64,000 bases of DNA, from contig CM052818.1 in the NCBI GenBank assembly GCA_028534125.1, forward strand, positions 35,776,001 through 35,840,000, given 5' to 3'. Below the pieces are notes generated by a model, which saw only the letters and a program-made list of their open reading frames with translations, ran no database searches and was not told the origin of the DNA. Shown here in pieces: positions 12,330 through 23,224 of the stretch (the first letter of the stretch is position 1; each line of letters begins with the position of its first letter). This stretch comes from Lama glama (Eukaryota). Both the position numbers and the translations under genes were made by a program.

Positions 12330-14330
12330 GTTGGAATTTTTCCTGAACTTGAATTTTACCAACACAAAACTTGGTCTTGGAGCATTCTACCTGATTGTTG
12401 GAACAAGTTTATAACTTAGAGTAATGGAAGAAATGAAAAACATTGCATCTTTAAATGTTCTTATGCTCCCCAGAAAAACTAACAATCTTCCCCGTGTTAT
12501 TTTCAGGCAGTTCATGGAAGACCTGAAAGCTCTGCCATTTTATTTCAGTCCAACTGGATGAAACACTACGCTCTCCACTATACTCAGCTTCTGGGGTTTG
12601 ACTGCAGTACAAATACTGATTTTATCAAAGACAAATTCTTACTTTGTGAAAAGTATATTTTGTCAATCAAAAATTGGACTGAAAGAAAAACTCAGGTACC
12701 AGATGGAGCACTTACGATGGATGGCAACACATCTGGTTATACTGTCTGGAGAGGAAGGAGCCCCACCCCCTCATTATCTCAATCAACTGCATTCTGTACT
12801 GACTTGCAAGAGATCAAAGACTAGATGCACAACCCTGAAGGAAATCTAGTCAACTTCACAGGAACTGAGGCTTTGGAGCACTGCCTTTCTCGATGGCTTT
12901 GTCAAGAAACAGGAGCAGGACAGAAGTTCTCCTTTCCTGGGTTTCCAGAGACAAAGTGTTAAAGAGCATGACTGAAAACTGACAGAAGTAGTTTTTTTAA
13001 AAATTAATTAATTAACTTTTTATTTAGGTATAATTGATGTGTAAGTTTCAGGTGTACAACATAGCGATTCACAATTTGTAAAGGTTATAGTCCATTTATA
13101 GTCATTATAAAATGTTGGCGAATTCCCTGTTTTATATAAGATATCCTTGTAGCTTATTTATTTTATACATAATAGTTTGTACCTCTTCATCCCCTATCCT
13201 AACCTGCCCCTCCCTCCTTCCCTCTCCCCACTGGTAACCACTAATTTGTTCTCTATATCTATGAGTCTGTTTCTTTTTGTTATATTCACTAGTTGTTTTT
13301 TTTTTAAGATTCAACATGTAAGCGGTATCACACAATATTTGTCTTTCTCTGTCTGACTTATTTCATTTAGCAAAATACCCTCAAAGTCCATCCATATTGC
13401 TGCAAATGGCAAAATTTCATTACTTTTTATGGCTGAGTAGTATTCCATTGTATAATACACTATAGCTTCTTTATCCATTCATCTGTTGATGGACATTAAG
13501 GTTGCTTCCATATCTTGGCTGTTGTAAACAATGCTGCTATGAACACTAAGGTGCGTGTACCTTTTTGAATTAGTGTTTTCATCTTTTTCAAATATATACC
13601 CAGGAGTAGAAATGCTGGGTCACATGGCAGTTCTATTTTTAGTTTTTGAGAAGTACCATTTAAATTTTTTTTAAGAGAAAAGAATCCTTGGGGAATTTAT
13701 TAATGTTTGGCTTATTTGTAGTTGTTTTTTTCTCCCAATGAATGAGATAAATCTTTAGAGTTAAGGTACTGCAATCAATATCATAAACACTACTAAGAAT
13801 CTATTAGCTGTTTTGGCTAAGTTGCCATTTTGGAAGAGCAATGGGGAAATATAACTATGTAAGTCTTCTAATGTTAGAGTAAGTACTTCTATAGGCTAGA
13901 ATAAAGTGAAGGAGCCTCGTCAAATTCTTTGCATACAGAAATCACGAGACACATGAAAATACGACTCTTTTGAAGGCCACTCCTGTTCAAACAATCTTAT
14001 AATTAAAACATAGATTTATACTCCTTTTCTTACCCACACATATAGTGTGAGTGATATAAACCAGCCAAAGATGACTTCATTGTCTTGAGGACAAAGAAAC
14101 TGATGTGGCATAATTTTGATTAAAATGTCTTAGAGAATTCTGATGCTCTCTGACACATGTTTCCCTAGATACTTAATTTAATAGTCAAAGGATTTTAGCA
14201 CTTGTTGCCACCAGAATGAAAAGTCTAAATTGATTTGGCTGTCAAAGTTGATAAGCATATTGCCATGTAAAAAAATCTCTGTATGACTTCAACATTTTAT
14301 TCAAGTCAAACAGCAGCCTTCTCACTGAAA
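12330..14330 (+). mobile_element. Decayed hAT (Charlie/Buster-type) transposase coding region, split by an L1
   Basis: Frame-broken motifs in the correct order: ISVQLDET (12542-12565), QLLGF..IKDKFLLCE, DGALTMDG (12702), CQETGA..SRDKVLKS; then after the L1 CLAYL..MNEINL..LAKLPFWK, and the C-terminus KQQPSH* (stop 14326-14328). Confidence 0.8.
12991..13648 (-). mobile_element. Younger 5'-truncated L1 (cetartiodactyl-type 3' UTR)
   Basis: Well-preserved antisense L1 3' end ('tttcaggtgtacaacatagcgattca', 'ctggtaaccactaatttgttctc', 'gcaaatggcaaaatttcat'), flanked by AGAAGTA on both sides. Confidence 0.9.
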
Positions 14331-14859
14331 TTCATTTTAAAGCAGGCTTAAAATTTACCTTTTCTTTCATTTATAAAATGAAGGGATTATTTCCCAGGAA
14401 TTTGCCATTAATTTTACATCAAAGTTTGATTAAACTTGGTAGATTAATGAAATGTGTTTTATTGCCCCTACCTATTAGAATCTCCAAGATAGAAGAAAAA
14501 TTTTAAAAAGACATCATTACCCAGGACAAAGAGAATAGGAGAGAGACAGTGCAAATGCAAGACTGAAAAAGAACACATCTTTTGGAAGCCAGAAAGTTGC
14601 CTGATATTGCAGAGGAATAGCTTACAACCTAAGCAGCTAAGAGTGGTGACACCAATGAGAAGTCTAAGGTAGTTTGTGAAGACTGATTATCCTTGTGTAA
14701 ACTATCAAAAACTCTCCAAGGTAATAAAAAAAACTATATGTAAATTTTGAGTTAATGTACTCACACCCATTGTCTGATGTGGAGTTTCATTAGATTCTTA
14801 TAGGAACCCACAGAAGAAAGTAAGAAAGTTAGAATATGCTTTGCAGACAAAATGTCAAA

Positions 14860-15010
14860 AATTTTAGAGTCAGCCAGGTCCTTATGGAGCCTCCAATTTA
14901 ATCATCTTAGCTGTCAATGAGAGATGAGCGTGAAACCACTCAACTATTTAGTGGCAAAAGCTAAGTCTAGAGCCTGGATCTCCTGACTCCCAAGTCAGCA
15001 TCTCTCTCCT
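14860..15010 (-). mobile_element. MIR-family SINE fragment
   Basis: 'tagtggcaaaagctaagtctagagcctggatctcctgactcccaagtc' resembles an antisense MIR head. Confidence 0.6.
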
Positions 15011-15077
15011 TCAGCAAATTGCCTCAATGTCAGTGAACTGAAACGCACTGAAGAGAGACCTGAGCCTGTATGTGGTG

Positions 15078-15395
15078 CAGTCATCCCTTGGTATCCATGG
15101 GGGATTGGTTCTAGAATCCTTGTGGATATCAAAATCCATGGATGCTCAAGTCCCTTATATAAAATGGGAAATACAACCTATATCCTCCCGTATTCTTTGA
15201 ATCATCTCTAGATTACTTACAATATGTAATACAGTGTACATGCTATGTAAATACAATGTAAACAGTTCCCAGAGCATGGTAAATTCAAGTTTTGCTTTTA
15301 GGAACTTGCTGGTATTTATTTTTGGGGGGAATATTTTTGATGTAGGGTTGGTTGAATACACAGATATGGAACCTGTGGATACTGAGGACCGACTA
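15078..15395. mobile_element. MER2-like Tigger (Tc1/mariner) MITE, near full length
   Basis: Imperfect terminal inverted repeats CAGTCATCCCTTGGTATCCATGG and CTGTGGATACTGAGGACCGACTA, followed by TA; MER2-like interior. Confidence 0.88.
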
Positions 15396-15432
15396 TACTT
15401 ATAAAAGCAACATAAAGGTGCAATCCTCATAC

Positions 15433-15832
15433 CTGATCCTGGATACTGGAAGACATTCTGCTGCATCTGAGGATTGATTCCAGTGCCAAACTGTCCCATG
15501 TTTCCTGTCATGCCTCTGTTCACCATGCTGTTGCGGTTGGCCAAGGATGCCTCAGGATTTGCTGCCAGTTGTGAAAATGGGCTAGGAGAAGCAGGTGGGG
15601 TTCCTGGATTTGTACCATAGTTTGGTGGGTAGGGGAATTGCTGTGGAGCACCCTGAGGAAGACGGGGGTTCCCCATTTGAACTGGCAGTCCAGATGAGGG
15701 AGGGAGGTTGTTCCCAAAGCTTTGTTGCCTCATTAGCATGGCTCTCTGCTGCTGTATTAGCTGCCTCTGTCGGTGCTGTTGACTGTACAACTCCCGCTGG
15801 CGCTGTGCCAACATCTGGGCATTCAGGGGTGG
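15433..15832 (-). CDS. NCOA1: NCOA1 coding exon 13/15, Q-rich region, 400 nt
   Basis: cag|[24 protein letters not shown]...[10 protein letters not shown], ending G|gtatga. Confidence 0.97.
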
Positions 15833-16971
15833 CTGAAGAGGAGAGAAAAACATTGTCTCTTACTGATATGGAAAGCTTACAGGATAAAGCCTACTAGCTT
15901 GGAGCAAAAGAATATGTAGCAATGATCAGTGCACAAGGGAAACTAGAGCAGAAAAGGAACAAAACCTCTTAAGTAAAGCCACAGGAGAGAAAATGAATTA
16001 AGTACATTTTATAAAGTCACACAGAACTGATAAAAAGTCAAAGAAAGTATACACTGATTAGTATGATAATACAGGCCATGAAAACTGTTAAGAGAAACAT
16101 GAAAACCATAAAGAAGAGAAAGAAAATGTGCTCAATGACCTCTGTCTTATTTGGCATTAGGTTGGTAGGGGACGTTTCACTTTTTCATTTCCAAAAAATT
16201 TACTATGTTTCTAGTATGGAGAAAGTTACTTTTCCCTTTTCTCATGGGGATCATTTATTCCACTTTACTTAAAACAATAAAATGTGATTATAGGTGATTT
16301 TAATTTTTTTCATTATACTTTTCTGTATTCTCCAAATTATCTATAATGAATGTGCATTATCTTTACAATCAAAAAAACCTACAAATACCAATAAAAAAAG
16401 GAAGAATCAGAAACTCATGATCCAATGCCAAACAAATGACCACTTAAAAAGAAAACAATTGATTAGAAACCAAATAATAAACAGAAATAAATGAATCCAG
16501 GTATTTTATATTATCACTACAGTACAAGACAGCTTCAGGCATTAGAGTGTTTTAATAGCTAAAATATTATAAATGATGAAGTGAGTGGTAAAATTTGGTT
16601 GAAGTCACTTTCTGGTTTAACTTGCAAAGCAACATGGCATGTCAGTAAAGCCTCCTTCACAAAACATTCATTCAGGCTGAGGAGCTGATTAAAGCATACA
16701 GCTCCACAAAAACAAAGCTGTCAACCAGATGCAGTCCGATCTAGAAGAAACTGTCGCAGGCTACTTCCTGACTGAAGTCATGTTTATGTGAAGTCCCAAA
16801 GTGGGGTCTCGGTTCCTTACAGCCTAATTATGCTTGCATGAGTGAACCAATAAGATTTTTAAGACAGAGAAACCCACATCTGGATCCATGAAGGTACTAG
16901 TATCTGCTGTTTAACAGCAGTTTCTATCAATGTTTATCTTTTTGGTTAGTATTCATCTAGGTCCATTTTAT

Positions 16972-17098
16972 GGGGGGGGGGAATAGCTCAAGTGGTAGAG
17001 TGCATGCTTAGCATGTATGAAGTGCTGGGTTCAATCCCCAGTACCCTCCCCAGAATAAATAAACCCAATTACCTTTCTCCAATCAAATAACACAATAA
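16972..17098 (+). mobile_element. tRNA-derived SINE, camelid (vic-1-like) type, with 10-bp target-site duplication
   Basis: G-run head, A-box-like TAGCTCAAGTGG, B-box-like GGTTCAATCC, A-rich tail. CATTTTATGG is duplicated at 16964-16973 and 17099-17108. Confidence 0.88.
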
Positions 17099-17745
17099 CA
17101 TTTTATGGAGAAGAGTTTTGTTTGAATTCTCTCTAAGATCCCTCATCTTCTAAATTTTTGTAGACTTGGTTAGGAAACCATAAAAAAGTGGTTGAAGCAA
17201 AAATATTAAAATATGTGCGGAAGTTGAGTAGGGAGTAAGCACTAGACAACACTTAGCAGGCTACCCAGTTCTTCTCATGTGCAGTTCTGATGGCTCTGAG
17301 TTCATACAGAAGGACTGTTAAAACAAATTAAAAATAGAAAAGGCTGATGCTTAGACTGAGCAGAGAACACAAGGTAGTTAAGATAACTAAGCAATGTGAC
17401 TGGGATTGATCAGGTTTAAGGTTCCATTTACACAGTTTCATATTCGAGGCATCTTGCTTACTGGTCCTATTCAGGACAGCAATAAGAGTTTTCTACTTAG
17501 TTATCTGATATCTAATAGCAATGACAACAGTAACAATAAAACGAAACAAAGAACCCTCAGCTTTAGATCAAATATCAGTAAGGGGTATCACAACTTGATT
17601 ATAAATTCATTCTAGAAGAAAGCTATATTATAAACATCATTAAAAGATCAGTTCACAGACCATTTCAAAGACACTCAAGTCAACACTGTAAGAAACACAG
17701 CTTGGGTTAGAGAAGTACTAACAATGCCTGGTCTGCTCACGCTAC

Positions 17746-17847
17746 CTGAGGTGTAATTTGCTGCTGCATGCCTGATCTCATATTGATGCCAACAGGAGCA
17801 CTTGCTGCAAACTGGTTCAAGATAGCTTGACGATTCTGGTGTATCAA
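17746..17847 (-). CDS. NCOA1: NCOA1 coding exon 12/15, 102 nt
   Basis: tag|LIHQNRQAILNQFAASAPVGINMRSGMQQQITPQ, ending |gtagcg. Not in the ORF track. Confidence 0.96.
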
Positions 17848-18549
17848 CTAGAGAAAAAATGGAAATAATGAGATATATTTCTATATATAAACACAGAGCA
17901 TCGCCCTTTTAGAATAGCACAAACTTTTTATTGATTACTAAGAAGTTTATTGTGGGTTTAGGAAGATTATTTCCCACGTTTATTCGTCAAAAGGTTGGCA
18001 ATTTCTAACATTTATCAATATTTTTTCTTACAAAACTCTAAATATGGCAGAGCATTTAAAAGTAAAATACAATAACACAACATATATGTATATGTAAACG
18101 TATATAAACGTATGTAAATGCATATATGCTTAAATGCATACACATATGGACATGTGTATGTATTCTACTTTTAAATGCTCTTCCATATTTAGTGTTTCGC
18201 AGTGTTTATACATACATAGACACACACAAATGTGTTTATTATGCTTTTAAAAACATGTTAATACTTAGTTTATTTCACATAAGTACAGCGCTGGACAGAA
18301 AAGAAACATTAGCCCCAGGTCTTAAACTGTTGTGAGTAAAAAAGTAAATATACAATAGGACACATTCTATAAAGGTCTGAAAGATGAATGGAAAAGTTGA
18401 GGTACTTTTGACTTGGAAGGTATCTGTCTGATGGGTACATGTTTGGGGAAAATCCAATGTGATTTCATTAGCTGGAGAGAATTATGTAAGAAACAAATGG
18501 TCTGAGAAAATGGACTATTTATTTAACTAGAAGAAGTAATTACTTTAGA

Positions 18550-18840
18550 CCAGCATTTCCCAAATTGGTGTTCTAAAGAACATTGTTCTGCAGGATATTA
18601 ATAGATGTGCCAGGAAAATAGCAGGCTGTGCTGTACTAACATTGGAAATAACGGGTTACACAAGGTGAAGCAGATTTCTTTACTGTAGTAATTCTATGAG
18701 CCTTTAATTGCCCAAAGCACATTGTGGAGCTCTAAGAAGGGATAAACTATGCAATTTATTTATGACAAACTTTTTTCCTGACATATTATTATTATCTCCT
18801 AGAACAATCTTCTATGTAACACTAGTTTTGAAGATGCTAA
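18550..18840. mobile_element. MER103-like hAT MITE
   Basis: 'cagcatttcccaaa' terminus, 'aaggtgaagcagatttctttactgtag' core, and a degenerate inverted end 'ttttgaagatgcta'. Confidence 0.65.
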
Positions 18841-20574
18841 CTATATCAGGCTTAGGATTCCAGGTCATAGGCATGCCTTAACTTTCTCAGGTAACAAAAG
18901 TATCTTTAGAAGTGATACCTCCTGATAAACAAGCTATAGCTCAAATGATTTTTTGCTCAATAATTTGATATGAAGAAACTCTTTAGAGAGATAATAGTAA
19001 CAATAATATCAATATTATTCTGTGTTTATATGGCTCTTTATGATTTGTAAGTTACTAATAAAATATACTGATATATTGATATATTTTAATACACTTAATA
19101 TATTTTAATATACTATATGCAACTTGAGAGAATCCAAAGAGCTTCAAACAGTGATTAAATCTCTCATCTCCAAAGAACTCAATTCTTAGCTCTAGTTTCA
19201 TTAATTTTTTGACTTTCATTATATTAAAAAATAAATCTATTTTAGGGGGGAGGCTCAATATAATATAAATATTAAAATTATAACTTTTAGGCACTGTGGA
19301 ATATGATAAAACATCCAGAATCACTTCAAAAATAGAGATACCCATATCATGGTTTTAAAAGTCAAAGAGACTTTTAAGTATGAAAATCTACATACTTCTT
19401 AAACTCAGCAGAACTTGGATATAAATTTAAATAAACCATCAGTTTCACAAAAACTTATCAAAAACTTAGTATATGCAAGATACTACATAAAGTTTGAAGG
19501 CTAACAAAGGTGAGCAAATTTCTGTCCTCTGGGAATTCTCTGTTGAGTGGCAGAGGCCAATACAGAGCAGTGCAATGTCCAAGTGCTATGTGGCATGTAT
19601 AGAGATATGTACAGCAGCACATAGGGAGCAACTAACTTAGCCCAGGACGGGAAGGCAGGGACCAAGAGCACGAGTGTGCACAATGGGACCCTGAAAGATG
19701 AGAATGCCAGGTGGCAAAGAGGATGACAGAGTTAACTTGAGGTAGGAAGAATAGCAAGTCTAAAAACAGGAGAGATGGCAATGAAGATAGGTGAAAATAC
19801 ATTAATACTTAATGATGAAGAGAAGTAAAACTGCCCAGAGAGTGGGAGCTGGAATTCCACACTTACAGCTTTATATATTCTTTGAATTGTGAGAAAATGT
19901 GAGAATGAAATGGGTGAGGGATGGAGGAAAAATACTTCAGAAGTAGTAAAAATGAGAAAACAATCATAGAAAACAAATTAAAACCTTAGAAAATAAAGGT
20001 TATTTTTAGCAGTAGAAGGAATTATTCTAAATAGCAGCAATCTACAAGCACTTTCTGTTAAAGAAAAATCGATCTATTCCTGCCCTTGGAACAACTCTGG
20101 TTCGTTTTCCCCTCCCTTTCACTACCTGTGTGTATGACCTGACTACAACTGTCTCACTCTGATATGCCTTTTCTCTCTGATTACTAAAATGCCACCCATT
20201 TTCCAGCAAGCAGGTCAAATTCTACTTCTTCCAAGGAACTCTTCCTAAAAGGATTACCATATCCTTTACTTCCTGGGGAATCTCAACTTTTGGGGGGTTA
20301 GGGAGTGGGAGGAAAGGGGCTGGTAGTTCTTAGACCTGTTACACAAATTCAAATGCCTATAAAGGCCAGCTTGAAAGGATTGTTGTATTGCAAAAGGAGA
20401 TGTGGGGCCTGAGACTAGTGGAAGAGCACAAACTCAGCCTATGTGTATAACATGCACACACGCGTACACTCACGCAGTTCAGGCTCACTGTAATCTGTCT
20501 GTCTGAATGGGTTTTTTCCCCGATGCCTTAGCAAGAAGCCCTTCTACAGAAAATCTAAAAGATGATCACATGGC

Positions 20575-20790
20575 CAAGAGGTTCTCAGCCAGGGGTGATT
20601 CTGCCCCGTCAGGGACCGTTGGCAATACATGAAGACATTTCAGTTGTCACAACTTTGGGAGAGGTTGCTACTAGTACCTGGTGGGTAGAGGCCAGGAATG
20701 CTGCTAAACATCCTTCAGTGCACCAGAAGCCCCCCTTAACAAGAATTATCCAGCCTCAAAGTGTTAACAGTGATGAGTTTGAGAACCCTG
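20575..20790. mobile_element. MER20 hAT MITE, full length
   Basis: 'ggttctcagccaggggtgattctgcccc...gggtagaggccaggaatgctgctaaacatcct...ttgagaaccctg'; about 215 bp with inverted ends. Confidence 0.92.
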
Positions 20791-20919
20791 ATCTAGCCAC
20801 CACATAAATTCTTGCTAAGACAAAGAGTTCTTTAAAGAAGCTTATTCTTTCATCAGGCAGTTTTCACCGTCACAAAGTTTTGCTTTTTAGAACTTAAAAA
20901 AAAAGAAAACCAAACTCTT

Positions 20920-20980
20920 CGATCTACAGTTGGTTTAATCCATAGATGCAGAACCTGCAGATGTGGAGGGCTGACTGTAT
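20920..20980. mobile_element. Tigger/MER2-like terminal fragment
   Basis: 'ttggtttaatccatagatgcagaacctgcagatgtggagggctgactgta' resembles the right end of the element at 15340-15397. Confidence 0.7.
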
Positions 20981-21367
20981 ACTACGTTTTGAATACCCCA
21001 AGCTGATTATAGGTTCTGAAAGTTACCTGTATCTTTCATTCTCTGTGTTCCTCCCAGTACCTAGCATAGTTCCCCTAAATATGTTTTGTGAAAAATTAAA
21101 TACAGGGGAATTATTAAGCATTTCTTGTTCTTGTGCTTTCCAATGATAAGTGACAAGTTATGATAAGAAGTAGCTTATCTTCAATGCTCAGGACATATTA
21201 CTATTCCTTTTCACTGTTTCTCTTTCCTTCCTTCTCTTCCTTCCTCTGTGTCCTTTATCCACTCCAACGTTTAAAGGATTATTCCTTTCTTTGTTATCCT
21301 ACCACTAAATTTAAATGGAATGGAAGCATATTTTATATTATTTATTATTGTATTGAATCTAACTTTA

Positions 21368-21600
21368 TAATAATAGCTAGTATTTATTAAGTGTTACTAT
21401 ATGCCAGGCACTGTGCTAAGAGCTTTACATGTATTATTTCATTTAATCCACACATCACCTATGAGGTAAAGGAATTATTTATTAGATTTCTTTTTACAGA
21501 TGAGGAATCAGAGGCTTTAAAAGGGCAACTAATTAGACTGTCAACCCACCTAAGATAAGGTTAGAACTAGGACGGGAAACGAGAGCTAATTCTTAGCATC
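21368..21600 (-). mobile_element. MIR SINE
   Basis: 'tatgccaggcactgtgctaagagctttaca...tttacagatgaggaatcagaggct' is the antisense MIR core. Confidence 0.88.
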
Positions 21601-22365
21601 TGATGCTGCCTCTCTAATAGAATACAGCTCCTTCTTTCTCCTCCTTCCTCCATTAGTAAGGCTCCAGGGAATTTCTTTAAATACTTTTTCTTTAACCCAA
21701 AGCAATACAGACATATGGCTAAAAAGTACAAAAGATTAATAAGGCAAGAAGCAACAATCTACAGCCCTGGTCCCACTTCCCAGAGATAATACTTTTGACA
21801 ACTGGTTTTTTGGTTCCTGATGACTGTAGCTGCAGCTTATACAATCTTAAATATTTATGCCATTATACCTACTCACTACTTGTTATGAGAGAGAATACTT
21901 AACCCACCCACAACTCCCAGGACCCCCAAACTATCCTTTCTTTCATTCTCCTAACAGAATAACATCACTAGACTTCACTCACTCTAACTTTAAACAACAT
22001 AAACTTTATTTTCTGTTCCAACAATCATAAACAGTATCTCCTGATGCTCTACTTTAGAAATAAAGCTATGTTTCTCTTTATTAATAATTGTATGATGTTC
22101 ATCCTAAATATTTTTTATCTTAAAAATCAGAAGTAAACTGCTTTTAAACTGTAAGTGTCAAAGCACTTTGTTATGAACCAGCCGTCTTTAACTGAATGAG
22201 TGTCCCTTATTCTTATTCTAGCAGACCAAGAATGACTTTTTGAGTCTTTCATAAAGGTTCTAGGAGTGTACTTGACACCTTTATTATAGCAATTGGGCTG
22301 TCTTATTACAGAGAGAATTAGTACATACCTTTAAGAAGGATTACCTGCAAAACAAGAGTACTCAC

Positions 22366-22680
22366 CTGCTGTTGTCCCTGTAATCGCTGTTGAAGCTGAA
22401 GTCTAAGTTGGTTGGGTGCAGCTGGAGGTCTGTTTAGAGTTTGCCTGGGCTGCATGCCCATGCCAGGTGAAAAAGCACCTCGGGGAGGTGTTACTTGAAC
22501 AGGCATAGTCCCCAGTGAAGGTTTTTGCCTGATCATGCCTTGGAAAGGGCTAGAGAGATTGGCAGTAGGTGAAGGAGAAGAATAAGGCTGGGAATAAAGG
22601 TTGGGCCTTTCCTCCATCATCAAAGGTGGTGTTGCTTGTTGCGGTGGAAATCTCTCTGATAATACATCTAATCCACCTCC
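22366..22680 (-). CDS. NCOA1: NCOA1 coding exon 11/15, 315 nt
   Basis: cag|GGGLDVLSERFPPQQ...LRLQLQQRLQGQQQ, ending |gtgagt. Confidence 0.98.
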
Positions 22681-23196
22681 CTGTTGGAAAATAAGCCAGA
22701 ACATTTTTCAAATAAGTTTCTGCCAATAAATTACATGCTTTTCTATAAAATTTTAGATCCAAGACCATGTTATCTCTAGTTTCATCATAATATATTCATG
22801 CTGAATTCATGAAGCTCTCCAGAAGTTTGCTACTTAAAAGAATCACTTATAAAAGTTACTTTTAAATGGAGTAATAGATTAACTGAGATGTTTAGTATCT
22901 CAGTAAAGAGATGAAGGTATCGTTAAAATAAAGGCCCTAAATCAATTAAATGAAGCTACCAGATTTGAAAAGAACCTCACTGCAAAGCCTGAGAATCAAC
23001 AAATGTTACATTTAATAAGAAGTAGATCCCTGAAGGAGGGTTTAATTATGTATTTTTCTATCTCAAATACAGAATTCATGCTTTTATCTCATTTGGAAAA
23101 AAATTCATAGCTGACCTAACAGAATGTCAGAGTTATGGCTTTCATACTTCTGAATTATTAGTCACTGTAAGAATAATAATTTAAGTTGTGGCCTGT

Positions 23197-23224
23197 TGTG
23201 TGTGTGTGTGTGTGTGTGTGTGTG
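23197..23224. repeat. (TG)14 microsatellite
   Basis: Perfect dinucleotide run read directly. Confidence 0.97.

Noticed and set aside
12558..12849. Domesticated or active transposase gene
   Set aside because: Multiple stops, frameshifts, deletions and an L1 insertion; it is only a fossil.
16678..16708. GGAGCTG...CAGCTCC hairpin
   Set aside because: A 7-bp stem is expected by chance in 64 kb; no snoRNA or miRNA motifs support it.
16972..17050. Possible tRNA gene (also at 53705-53783 and 53815-53895)
   Set aside because: A/B boxes are present, but there is no proper acceptor stem. A-rich tails, a TSD and three diverged copies indicate SINEs.
18080..18230. Alternating purine-pyrimidine AT-rich stretch with self-complementarity (also 59725-59805)
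   Set aside because: Decayed (TA)/(CA) microsatellite; its hairpin potential is a trivial consequence of composition, with no miRNA-like evidence.
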